DNA of 64,000 nucleotides from a virus: IMG/VR virus record IMGVR_UViG_3300018080_000116, positions 64,001 to 128,000 of that record; one strand, 5' to 3'. The notes below the pieces were generated by a model, which ran no database searches, was not told the origin of the DNA, and worked only from the letters and a program-made list of their open reading frames with translations. Positions 35,376-44,275 of the stretch are shown here, one piece after another. A program made the position numbers and the translations under genes. Numbering within the stretch: the first letter of the stretch is position 1; every line of letters begins with the position of its first letter.

Positions 35376-35927
35376 TTAACAGATGGCGGTCGGTGCGGCA
35401 CAACGGGGGTGAAGGTATATTCCTTCGACCTTTTGTAGAGTGGATTCGGGAATGACCCCAACATTGATCCACAGTTGGTTTTTGAGCGTGCGAACCAAAA
35501 CCAACTTAACCGCTCCATAGCAAACCCAATGTTCGTCGTCGATTCGTCTCTCGTAACAAACAGCATCGCTTTTCCGGAGGAACGCTTTGATGTTTTTCTC
35601 GTAGAATTCAATGTCGGTTGGCTCGCCCGTGGCGAAGTCGGTCCCACGGACACCTTCCCAGGGGGTTTCGTCAAAAAGCACATCCCCGTTGATGAGGTAT
35701 GGCCCCATCATTTCGATCACAGGCAGGAGTCCAGCGGGAGTCATCTCCACCCTAATGACACTGCCGGGTTTGGAAGGTTCGCCCCTTTTCAACTCCTCAT
35801 ACTCCATATCCCACTTCCAATCGGGGTATCTCAATCGGTCGGTATCGGTATAGGCTTCGGCGGCGACGGGTATGGCAGCACCAGCAAGTGCGATTGGGGC
35901 GGCTTTGAGAAAAGTGCGTCGTTCCAT
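35376..35927 (-). CDS. Tat-signal hypothetical protein
   Basis: MERRTFLKAAPIALAGAAIPVAAEA (AxA site); GGAGG RBS. Confidence 0.8.
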   Translation of the reverse strand: MERRTFLKAAPIALAGAAIPVAAEAYTDTDRLRYPDWKWDMEYEELKRGEPSKPGSVIRVEMTPAGLLPVIEMMGPYLINGDVLFDETPWEGVRGTDFATGEPTDIEFYEKNIKAFLRKSDAVCYERRIDDEHWVCYGAVKLVLVRTLKNQLWINVGVIPESTLQKVEGIYLHPRCAAPTAIC

Positions 35928-35938
35928 GGATTCCTCCA

Positions 35939-36523
35939 TCAATGTTCATGAAAACACATATCACAAGCGTCCTGCCAACAATAATGACCGCAAGCCTCGC
36001 AGTCATTTGGGCACTCAAACATGCCCACAGCGATTGGAAGTGAGTTAATCGCCGCAACTGGAATCCCCATTGTAGGTTGTGGGAAATCCGTGTCAAGAGA
36101 TTCTCGCAGAATCATGTTGGGCAGTTCAGCCAACTTCAAGAGGGGTTTAAGAAGATCCCTCCGTCGAGTGGTTGACCGGAATAGCGTATCAGGTGTATTC
36201 CTGACAATCTCTATGACTTTTTCAACATACTCTTCGGAGTAGTAATCCCCTCCGGAGTGCCAACGAAAGAAATCTGGCTGGAATCTTTTCAATTCGGCTA
36301 GTACCTTCTCTACGAAGTCTTTCCGCTTGGATGCACGGTAGCGTGCAAGGGTTGCCTTGCGCACCGAGTCCATTTTGAAATTATTCCGGCGAGCGTAGCA
36401 GGCTGGCTTGCCATTACGGCCCTTGAGGCACCAACTCGTCGGCTTGCAGGTTAGATGTGGTGGGAGATTGAAGATGTAGACTTTCGCCCCCATCTTGCTG
36501 TTGCCCTTGATGAGCAGATTCAT
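35939..36523 (-). CDS. Gp88-family protein
   Basis: FNLP...TC...C......CYA; FRWHSGGD; terminal CPNDCEACGHYCW. Confidence 0.75.
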   Translation of the reverse strand: MNLLIKGNSKMGAKVYIFNLPPHLTCKPTSWCLKGRNGKPACYARRNNFKMDSVRKATLARYRASKRKDFVEKVLAELKRFQPDFFRWHSGGDYYSEEYVEKVIEIVRNTPDTLFRSTTRRRDLLKPLLKLAELPNMILRESLDTDFPQPTMGIPVAAINSLPIAVGMFECPNDCEACGHYCWQDACDMCFHEH

Positions 36524-36770
36524 CGTACTTCTCCAATTCGTATTCCACTACGTCAGACCAAGTAAGCTCGCCGAGATCGTTAGCGTATCTGATGCGGTAT
36601 TTGTAGCCTTTGGCCCAGCCATTGTAGCTGAAACTATTGACAATGGTAGCCGTTTTGTCCAGTGCGGGAACATAAACTATTTCCCCGCAGACAAACTTGT
36701 TGTTGGGCTCGTTATCGGCTGGAGCGCAACCGAAAATCAACAAAATCAAGATGAACAGCGACTTTTTCAA
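36414..36770 (-). CDS. lipoprotein
   Basis: AGGAG + TTG start; LFILILLIFG|C; 3' end overlaps next gene. Confidence 0.55.
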   Translation of the reverse strand: MKKSLFILILLIFGCAPADNEPNNKFVCGEIVYVPALDKTATIVNSFSYNGWAKGYKYRIRYANDLGELTWSDVVEYELEKYDESAHQGQQQDGGESLHLQSPTTSNLQADELVPQGP

Positions 36771-36783
36771 TCCGGGGCTCCTT

Positions 36784-37509
36784 TCAGACGGATTCATAGC
36801 GGGTGCAACAGTGTGGCCGAAAATCATAGACTGCGAAGGGCTCGAACTTGTGTGGATCGGATCGAGGGGGAAACTCAATTTCTCTAGTCAAGAACATACG
36901 ACCCCAGCCCCACTTACAACGACAGCTTGATCCGCTGGGCCACGTGATCTCTTTGCCCTCCGGGTGAAAACAAACAACCCTGTTTTCGTAAGGCAGGATT
37001 ACCTCACGCATGTTGGTTTGCGAAACGAACTTCCCATGGTCTTTGTATTCACTCCAGCGACTATGGACATACCCTTCGATGGCCGAGTCAAGCCAGTCGA
37101 AAAGATACTTGTCATCCCCACCATCTTTATGCAGTTTGCGGAAGTAGGAGCGGATTCTTCCCCAGTGAGAGGGAACCACGGGCAGGCCATAGGCTTCGTG
37201 TAATTTACACCACTCACACTCGGGCACCAACTCTGCATAGTCCTTGCCCGGCATGCGATGCAATCGAAGGTTTTCTTCCGTGCAGGCATCCACCCAGAAT
37301 GTTCCCCGGCAGAGTTTGCAGCGGTACTTAGCATCCGGGCCGTCACCGAACATGAACTCAAAGTGTCTCCATCCGGACACCGATCCGGACACTTTGTCCG
37401 GTTTCTTGTCCGGATTGGCCTTAATAATCGGTGTATTAAGTCCTAGCGGAACGACACAAGTAGCGGCGGCTGTCGCCGCCGATACTTTAAGGAAGTCACG
37501 TCTACGCAT
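36784..37509 (-). CDS. Tat-signal Cys-rich protein
   Basis: MRRRDFLKVSAATAAATCVVP; CKLC and CEWC. Confidence 0.8.
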   Translation of the reverse strand: MRRRDFLKVSAATAAATCVVPLGLNTPIIKANPDKKPDKVSGSVSGWRHFEFMFGDGPDAKYRCKLCRGTFWVDACTEENLRLHRMPGKDYAELVPECEWCKLHEAYGLPVVPSHWGRIRSYFRKLHKDGGDDKYLFDWLDSAIEGYVHSRWSEYKDHGKFVSQTNMREVILPYENRVVCFHPEGKEITWPSGSSCRCKWGWGRMFLTREIEFPPRSDPHKFEPFAVYDFRPHCCTRYESV

Positions 37510-37518
37510 TGTAAGCTC

Positions 37519-37749
37519 CTATGCTGCTGCGGCCTGCACCGCCATGATGAACCGTTGGTCTTCTTCAAGCATCATTTCTTTAACGGCTCGTTCCCTCATC
37601 AAATCAAGTAGGTCTTGGTGGGCTTGACCAAGACGGCGGACCTTGGGTTGGGGTGGAACTGGATCTTTGGGCTGCGGCGTGCAACCCAAGGGAACAACCG
37701 CCGCCGCCATGCTGGCGGCGACGGTTTTTAAAAAACTTCGACGGTTCAT
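37519..37749 (-). CDS. Tat-signal lipoprotein-like small protein
   Basis: MNRRSFLKTVAASMAAAVVPLG|C; TTAGATA box at 37781-37787. Confidence 0.75.
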   Translation of the reverse strand: MNRRSFLKTVAASMAAAVVPLGCTPQPKDPVPPQPKVRRLGQAHQDLLDLMRERAVKEMMLEEDQRFIMAVQAAAA

Positions 37750-37803
37750 GGGGCCACCTGGGGTTAGTTCCGCTCGGCATTATCTAAAATGAGCAATCCA
37801 AAG

Positions 37804-38562
37804 TCAAGTATGGATCTTCGGAATGGGTCGAGGCAAAAATTGCGAAAGCCGCTTATAGCAAAAAGAGTTGCACGGCTTACGATCCAAGATTCTGTAGGGC
37901 GAAATAACGGAACCTTCATACAGGTGGAAGAAGCTCCATGCGCTTACTTCGACCAATTCACTTCTTCCTTTGACGTGGCAGTGGAACCACGGCCTTCCGC
38001 CCGCATCCCAATTGACGGGATAGTAGTCTTTTCCCCAATCTTTTTCATCCAACATCTCGACTGCTTGAAGGATTTCTTGAAATTCTGGCAAGGCTTGTTC
38101 ATAAGAGGCCACAGGTGCGGGCCGAAAAGAGCATGGAATCTTTTCCACTAGCCAAGCGGAGCCGCACGGGTGGTAATATCCGGCACGATGCTTGTAGGAA
38201 GATGTCATCCACTTATCTCCCTGGATGATTGGGGAGACCAAATCCCGCAACCATTCGTCGTTGAATATCACGCAGTCGGGTTCAATGATAACCAAAACAT
38301 ACACATCATTGAATTTGCACCACAGGGCAGCCTCGTCTAGTCCCGCACCATGATCCTGGTTGCCTTCTTTGTATCTTTCGCCCTCACTACAGACAGTGAC
38401 TTGCTTGGATTCTGCGAAGTCGATTTCCTCCTGGGTAAGGTCGTGATTGACCATCAGCAGGTTCAGATCGGGATGCACCTCACGAAAAGAGCCGAGGGAG
38501 ATCCGCATCCAATCGAGATTGTGTTCTGTATGGTATCCGACTAAAGCAACAGTGATATTCAT
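37804..38562 (-). CDS. GT-A fold (family 2-like) glycosyltransferase
   Basis: NITVALVGY, DHGAGLD, VIIEPDCVI. Confidence 0.65.
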   Translation of the reverse strand: MNITVALVGYHTEHNLDWMRISLGSFREVHPDLNLLMVNHDLTQEEIDFAESKQVTVCSEGERYKEGNQDHGAGLDEAALWCKFNDVYVLVIIEPDCVIFNDEWLRDLVSPIIQGDKWMTSSYKHRAGYYHPCGSAWLVEKIPCSFRPAPVASYEQALPEFQEILQAVEMLDEKDWGKDYYPVNWDAGGRPWFHCHVKGRSELVEVSAWSFFHLYEGSVISPYRILDRKPCNSFCYKRLSQFLPRPIPKIHT

Positions 38563-38585
38563 GTCCTAAGAGAGTCAGGCGCACG

Positions 38586-38624
38586 AAAAAGGCCCGCCCA
38601 GGTAGGGGATACCTGGGCGGGCCT
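38586..38624 (-). terminator. intrinsic terminator
   Basis: AGGCCCGCCCAGGTA/TACCTGGGCGGGCCT with T-tract on minus strand. Confidence 0.7.
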
Positions 38625-38649
38625 CCAACGAAAGGAGAAAAGAAACGAG

Positions 38650-38964
38650 CTAGTCCCACCACATGCGGATGAGAAGTCCGTCCCTATGCCAATAGGAATC
38701 ATACTCTTGTGGGCGCATATTTGCAACCGCAGATGCCAACCACGACAAATGGTTCCAAAGCTCGTTTTTGGAAAGGTTGTCGGTAATGAGGATGACAGCC
38801 GTCCCATCATCATTTTTCCAGGACGGCACATCCTCCACATCCACAAACTCATACGCAATATCCTCGAACCATTCGAGGAAGGAGGCCCGGCCAGCAAAGC
38901 GATTAACAGCGGATTCGCTTAGTTGGCATTCGGACTCAAAAAGCACGCTTGTTTCTTCAGGCAT
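38650..38964 (-). CDS. hypothetical protein
   Basis: ends in LIRMWWD. Confidence 0.7.
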   Translation of the reverse strand: MPEETSVLFESECQLSESAVNRFAGRASFLEWFEDIAYEFVDVEDVPSWKNDDGTAVILITDNLSKNELWNHLSWLASAVANMRPQEYDSYWHRDGLLIRMWWD

Positions 38965-39355
38965 AGGTGCTTCCCCAAATTTCGAAAAACAAATGGATCA
39001 ATCGTCTGTCTTTACACTCTTTGTCGTTGCTGAAGATCATCAGCAGGATGTTGTCATTCACCTGTGTATCGACACTGGCCATGGTGAAGTAATCGGTGCG
39101 ATAGACGGGCTTTAGATGACCAATCGCCTTGCGAACACGCCCTACGTAGAGATCGTCGCCTTTCGTGATGATGCCCTCATCTAAGGGCCGGTCGCAGTGA
39201 ACGCATACGCCTCCAGTTTGTTCGCCGGTCAAGAACCAGTAATCGTCGGTGCAATCATCTAGCGGCAGGCGGCGATCACGCTCCTCGAAGCCAAAGTGAT
39301 CGTAGATGTCCTGCATCAACTCGAAGTACGTTTTGATCGCCTTCAGCATGTTCAT
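38957..39355 (-). CDS. hypothetical protein
   Basis: ORF track; start uncertain. Confidence 0.65.
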   Translation of the reverse strand: MNMLKAIKTYFELMQDIYDHFGFEERDRRLPLDDCTDDYWFLTGEQTGGVCVHCDRPLDEGIITKGDDLYVGRVRKAIGHLKPVYRTDYFTMASVDTQVNDNILLMIFSNDKECKDRRLIHLFFEIWGSTYA

Positions 39356-39360
39356 TGTGT

Positions 39361-39987
39361 TCACTTGGGTGGTGAGATGGTACATGTTCTGTCGCCGAGA
39401 TGCCATTCAGGCTCCCGCAGTTGATGCAGGAATTCACCGGCAACTAACACGCCCATTCTTAAGATATGTTCACACAGAGAGTCCCCTTCTTGTCGTTTAA
39501 CCTCAAACTCTTCGGCTGTACCTTCGGTTATGTCCAGCGATCCCTTTTTCAATCGACTTTCCCACCAACCGCCATAACCACCAGTTCGATAGAATCGTTC
39601 TTGCGCATCGAACTTTTCATCCCAGTCCATGGTTGTGGAACCATTTTCAAGGACGAGAAAGAAATCGAAATCATCTGGCTTGTTGACATGCCCTCTGCTG
39701 TACCAGCGAATCGGCCATATGCCCCGGAGTGATCTCGCCCACACCTCTTTTTCCACGGCTGAGCCGAAAGCAATTACTGCTTTGATGTTGGCCCATCCAC
39801 CCAGTTTGTTGATGACAAAATCGTCCAGAGATACGGCGTTAAAGACGACATCCCCGTTGGGGTAGATGATACTAACTGAATCGTAGGCAGAGTAATTTTT
39901 GGTGCCATAATTTCGAGCCTTTTCAATCATCTCTTGAAACTGCTCGATGGAGACGGGCCCGAACACTTTATTTGATACGCTGGCCAT
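39361..39987 (-). CDS. minimal nucleotidyltransferase (MNT, Pol-beta superfamily)
   Basis: AVIAFGSA...DDFDFFLV; LDITEGTAEEF...EHILRMGVLVAG. Confidence 0.65.
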   Translation of the reverse strand: MASVSNKVFGPVSIEQFQEMIEKARNYGTKNYSAYDSVSIIYPNGDVVFNAVSLDDFVINKLGGWANIKAVIAFGSAVEKEVWARSLRGIWPIRWYSRGHVNKPDDFDFFLVLENGSTTMDWDEKFDAQERFYRTGGYGGWWESRLKKGSLDITEGTAEEFEVKRQEGDSLCEHILRMGVLVAGEFLHQLREPEWHLGDRTCTISPPK

Positions 39988-40328
39988 TACTTCTGGTCCA
40001 TCATGTTTGGCATGAAGATATTCTCTGGTTGCGCCATGTGTTTGCGGCGACTCTGAATCATCTTCACTAGGGTAATGCCCACAAAAATGCCCGCCGAATA
40101 CCCAGTTGCCCAAGCAACATAACAGTGCCATGTTGTCAAGTTTTTCATGACTTGGCTGATGGCAACCAGCCACACCAGGGTTTCGAAGAACCCCAGACCC
40201 GCAGCGATCCACCGATTTCCCTGGGTAACATAGATGACCTTCATCGTTCCCAGGGAAACATCAACTACACGTGCAAGAAAAATCCCTACCGGGATCGCAA
40301 TGTAGTTTAGAAGTTGTACATCTGTCAT
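39987..40328 (-). CDS. DUF5698 / UPF0316 membrane domain protein
   Basis: IFLARVVDVSLGTMK...AAGLGFFETLVWLVAISQV...GYSAGIFVG. Confidence 0.85.
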   Translation of the reverse strand: MTDVQLLNYIAIPVGIFLARVVDVSLGTMKVIYVTQGNRWIAAGLGFFETLVWLVAISQVMKNLTTWHCYVAWATGYSAGIFVGITLVKMIQSRRKHMAQPENIFMPNMMDQK

Positions 40329-40636
40329 TAGTCCAACTCTTTTAACTTCAGAATCTTCATCACCTCCATCAGAGCGAGGGAGGCGGACGCTTCGGTTCGG
40401 TACTTGCCGATGACTTTGTGTTGTTCGCTATATCGTGTGATATACCTGGACTCATACTCGCTCCAGCTTCGATAGGGCTCAAGAAATTTAGCCTTCAACT
40501 GGAAGCGTCTTCTCCAGAAAAAGATGATACCGGGCGGCTTCACATAGAAATGGGTGGCATTGGTGAGATTGGTTAGGTACTGACTCGACTTAAACCAATA
40601 CTCCCCATTGGGCGATACGGCGGCAATTGCATCCAT
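40328..40636 (-). CDS. hypothetical protein
   Basis: TAATG overlap. Confidence 0.65.
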   Translation of the reverse strand: MDAIAAVSPNGEYWFKSSQYLTNLTNATHFYVKPPGIIFFWRRRFQLKAKFLEPYRSWSEYESRYITRYSEQHKVIGKYRTEASASLALMEVMKILKLKELD

Positions 40637-40639
40637 GTC

Positions 40640-40909
40640 TCATCCTAAATCAGGGGGCTCATTTCCACCCTCTTCAACATACTTCTTTTGCGGGGGCTTT
40701 GTCGAGTGCTTTTCCCTGGCCTCCCTTAACGCCACCAGCAAGTGTCTCATGACATCCTTGTCCGTGTAGGCCCCCAATTCTGGCGGAAAGATCAATCGTT
40801 CGACAGCCCAAATCAGCGGAGCTATCTTGCGAGTTGAGGGCGCATACATCAATGCGGCCACCTCTTGTGCCAATTGAGCATCATTTAACTTGTCGCCTTC
40901 TTGCATCAC
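40640..40909 (-). CDS. hypothetical protein
   Basis: coupled ORF. Confidence 0.65.
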   Translation of the reverse strand: MMQEGDKLNDAQLAQEVAALMYAPSTRKIAPLIWAVERLIFPPELGAYTDKDVMRHLLVALREAREKHSTKPPQKKYVEEGGNEPPDLG

Positions 40910-41133
40910 ACTTCCTCCAGTGATTCTATGGCGTTTTCCATGACATTAGCACCCATGGTTGCCGACATGTTGCGAATGGTCATCTGGAATTGATTGGCGT
41001 CAAAATCGTCCCGCACTTCACTGGCGGGACGAATGATAATGCCCACAAACGTTTCTCGACGGGCCAACTCATTGATTAGCTCTTCCGAGGTGGCCAGTTC
41101 CAATGCTTCATCTATCATTATGCCCTCACTCAA
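40906..41133 (-). CDS. hypothetical protein
   Basis: coupled ORF. Confidence 0.65.
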   Translation of the reverse strand: MSEGIMIDEALELATSEELINELARRETFVGIIIRPASEVRDDFDANQFQMTIRNMSATMGANVMENAIESLEEV

Positions 41134-41740
41134 AAATCATGTCTACAGCAATTATGGTCTTGAACGTAGGAACCCCTATGTGGTCCACCAAAAGTTGTTT
41201 CTTTGCCTCAACTGCCGCCATATACCATTCGGCATGGCTCTTCTCATGCAGCTTTTTCAAAAAGTATTCCGGATCTTCGTGGCCGCAATGCTTGGCGAAT
41301 TTCTTAAAATGCCTTTTCTGAAGGGTGTCGGCATGTTTCGTGTGCGACTTCAATTCCTCTATCTTGCCCCAAGAGCCTGCCGCCATGTCATGCACCATGA
41401 CGGTTGCGTTAGTGTCAGCATACCGATAACCCGGAGTGCCAAACCCCAACAAAAAACTTCCACAACTCATGGCTTTGCCGACAGCAATAGTCGCCACCGG
41501 AAGAGATGCGTTTTCAATGTCGGCCAACATAGAGAGTAGACTGTAAACATACCCGCCGAATGAATCAATTAAAACTGGGACTACAGGCTGTCCGGTGTTG
41601 TGGGCCTTCCTCATTTCTTCCGAAAACTTCTTGGCCGCATATTCATCAAAATCATTCACTCGGATCACGATGGGTTCATCAACTAGTTCGGAATGCTTCC
41701 CCTTCACACGAGGGTCCACCTCTAGCAAACTTTTCATCAT
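41126..41740 (-). CDS. clpP: ClpP-family peptidase S14
   Basis: IDSFGGYV; GKAMSCG (Ser); VMVHD (His); EWYMAAVEAK. Confidence 0.85.
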   Translation of the reverse strand: MMKSLLEVDPRVKGKHSELVDEPIVIRVNDFDEYAAKKFSEEMRKAHNTGQPVVPVLIDSFGGYVYSLLSMLADIENASLPVATIAVGKAMSCGSFLLGFGTPGYRYADTNATVMVHDMAAGSWGKIEELKSHTKHADTLQKRHFKKFAKHCGHEDPEYFLKKLHEKSHAEWYMAAVEAKKQLLVDHIGVPTFKTIIAVDMIFE

Positions 41741-41751
41741 TCACATCTTTC

Positions 41752-42411
41752 TCAAAAATCAGTCAGGCCGACTAATATCGGCTTGTTGTGCTCTAGGTAG
41801 GTTACACTTCCACAAGAAATCTTACAACCCCAACAGCAATCGTCGCATCGCACTTGACAAAAAGAAGCTGGATCAGACATTGCCAATGCAAGCTGAGACA
41901 TGTTTACAACATAATCACAGTGCGACACAACAATGGAATTTTGAGGTAGGATCTCTAAGACGTGTCGGATACGTTCCAAAAAAGCGGCAATTGATTCATC
42001 CTCATATCGCTTCTCATAAAGAGGACCGATTGACTTTTCTATTTCAATCTCCTCAAAGATGGAGTCCATTGTTTCCCGGCAGCGACGAACTGGACTGCAA
42101 AAAACTTTGAAATCGGGGAGGTTGAATCGAACCATAAGAAAATTAGCCACACGCTTACATTGCATGTGGCCTATCTCTGAAATGCCGGGGTCGTACTCTT
42201 CTTCGGTCGGTTGGGCGTGACGGATCAAGAGTATTTTCTTCAGATAGAACTGGGAGTCATCATCAAGAAGGAATCTCCCAGTTCTTGGGTCAAGGAAGCC
42301 AGACTGTAACTCCCGCTCCTGGTCCTCAGGAGACAGTTTGTTGTAAGCCTCGCCATGGTTGCGACCGGTTACAACCTTGCCATTCGAATACAATGCCGCC
42401 TGCAAACACAT
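41752..42411 (-). CDS. histidine phosphatase family protein
   Basis: LLIRHA; CSPVRRCRET; VVSH; CTAGATA box upstream. Confidence 0.8.
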   Translation of the reverse strand: MCLQAALYSNGKVVTGRNHGEAYNKLSPEDQERELQSGFLDPRTGRFLLDDDSQFYLKKILLIRHAQPTEEEYDPGISEIGHMQCKRVANFLMVRFNLPDFKVFCSPVRRCRETMDSIFEEIEIEKSIGPLYEKRYEDESIAAFLERIRHVLEILPQNSIVVSHCDYVVNMSQLALAMSDPASFCQVRCDDCCWGCKISCGSVTYLEHNKPILVGLTDF

Positions 42412-42676
42412 GATGTCCCCCTTTCGTCTCTTTCATTATCTAGGGACACGGCTTCTCGTTCTTTCGTTATGGTAGTGCTATTCAGAAAAAAAGACAAGGT
42501 TGTGAAAATTAAACCCGCTAACACATGAAAAATGTGGCACAGAATGCCACAAAACCTGTAACCAAAATTGAAACTGAATACTCTACTATATGTAGAAGGC
42601 CCAGACTACCATGCTGGGTAACAACCGGACGCAATGGTGCGACGGTTAGATGACACACACTCAAAGGAGGTGTACT

Positions 42677-43165
42677 ATGACTAGAGGTAGAGGTTTATGT
42701 AAACGCAATAGGGACTCACTTCTCGGAGCATCTAGGAACGACCTGTTCTGGCCGTTCGAGGATCACTTCAACCGGCTCTTTGATGAGCTTTTCAACGGCC
42801 ACAGTGCCTTCGACCGTGGAAAAGCAGGCTATCCCAAAATGGACATCACAGAAGTGGATGGTGTTTTGAAAATCACAACTGCAATTCCTGGGGTCAAGCC
42901 TGAACACGTGAAAGTAGAGTTGCTTGAAGATCGTGTTTGCATCAGCGGAAAGATGGAAGAGAAGTACCACAGCCCAGAAGACGCCCATCAATATATCAAG
43001 GAATTGAGAACATCCAGCTTCAGTCGAGAGGTCATGCTTCCGGAAGGCGTTAGAGGGCAAGACCCCGATGCTACAATCGAAGATGGAATCCTTGAATTGT
43101 CGTGGGCCCTGCCAGATGAAAAGAGGAAGCCACCGGTCAAAGAGATCGAAGTAAAGGCTCTCTAA
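42677..43165 (+). CDS. small heat-shock protein Hsp20
   Basis: AAGGAGG RBS; PKMDITE...IPGVKPE...FSREVMLPEGV...ATIEDGILEL. Confidence 0.92.
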   Translation: MTRGRGLCKRNRDSLLGASRNDLFWPFEDHFNRLFDELFNGHSAFDRGKAGYPKMDITEVDGVLKITTAIPGVKPEHVKVELLEDRVCISGKMEEKYHSPEDAHQYIKELRTSSFSREVMLPEGVRGQDPDATIEDGILELSWALPDEKRKPPVKEIEVKAL

Positions 43166-43169
43166 AACA

Positions 43170-43200
43170 AAACCCCCTGGCCATCGGCCAGGGGGTTTTT
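43170..43200. terminator. bidirectional intrinsic terminator
   Basis: AACCCCCTGGCC/GGCCAGGGGGTT with A/T tracts, between convergent genes. Confidence 0.85.
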
Positions 43201-44247
43201 TCATACTCGTGGTTCAATAAGTTCGCTGGGCACAGGCGTCTGGATTACGATGCCGCCTTCGTTGTCGAAATTCTCTGGCATCTTTGGAGGTTTCGGTCCT
43301 GGCGTGGCGTATTCAATTTCTTCTTGTTGCGGCGGCGAGGGTGGTGTGAGTTGTTGTGTGGTCTGCGGTGGAGGGAGCACGGGAACCGAAGTGGCTTGCG
43401 GTTTTTGGCTCTTCTTGTACGACTGCACAAGTTCCATCATATACTCCATGCTGGTGGTTTGATCGTACTGTCCCAAGATGTCCATGGGATCAAATGCGCC
43501 CAAAGTGAACTGAGAAGGATCTTGGAAAAGGAAATGTTTCTTCGAGAAGTATGGCGGCACTCCCACCTTGTAATGAATGACGCAGGCGTTGGGTATGGCC
43601 TCAACACTGTTTAAGAGGTCACATTCATAATACCTTCCCTGGAACATGGCGAGATTAAACAGTTCATACATAGCCATCAACCAAGCGGCATGATCCACAT
43701 CGTCCCAGTTTGAGTGGTCTTTTCTAAATTTGTCCATGTAATGCATCACCCGGACAAAGAAGAGGGCGGAAACATTTTTAAAAGCCAAAAAACCGCTGCC
43801 TCCCAGCCAGGGCAATTCACCCGCATCGCCCCGATCTACCAAGACCTTCTTGATGTGAGATCGCAACCTTCTTTTTAAGTTGGCGTTTTCCCGTTCGACG
43901 TTGAAATAGATGTCTTGCATCCCTGTTTCTTCCAATGGCTTGTAAAGAACCATATCGGGATGAAGAACGGCAAAGGGCGTGCTGAGCATGTTGTTGGTTA
44001 AAGCCGCCATCAACGCATAAGGTTTATTGAGGGGTTTGTAACCCTGCTCTTCACCATGGTTGTTGTGGGCAAACTTTCTTTCATGCTCCATCAGGTTTCT
44101 GGTGAAACCGCCATACTGGGGCGTGTTGTTTTCGGCAATGCCTATTAACAGTTTATCTTGCAGACCGTGTTTTTTGAAACTCTCGATTAGAAGTTCCACT
44201 TGCCAACGGTGGTAGGGATTGTTTTCAATGCTAACGAAATAATCCAT
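43201..44247 (-). CDS. GT96-like (HPAT / peptidyl-serine galactosyltransferase-like) glycosyltransferase
   Basis: YHRWQVELLIESFKK; YKPLNKPYAL; VLHPDMVLYKP; Pro-rich tail. Confidence 0.6.
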   Translation of the reverse strand: MDYFVSIENNPYHRWQVELLIESFKKHGLQDKLLIGIAENNTPQYGGFTRNLMEHERKFAHNNHGEEQGYKPLNKPYALMAALTNNMLSTPFAVLHPDMVLYKPLEETGMQDIYFNVERENANLKRRLRSHIKKVLVDRGDAGELPWLGGSGFLAFKNVSALFFVRVMHYMDKFRKDHSNWDDVDHAAWLMAMYELFNLAMFQGRYYECDLLNSVEAIPNACVIHYKVGVPPYFSKKHFLFQDPSQFTLGAFDPMDILGQYDQTTSMEYMMELVQSYKKSQKPQATSVPVLPPPQTTQQLTPPSPPQQEEIEYATPGPKPPKMPENFDNEGGIVIQTPVPSELIEPRV

Positions 44248-44275
44248 AGATCCTCCAATGCGTTAATGGAGTGTG

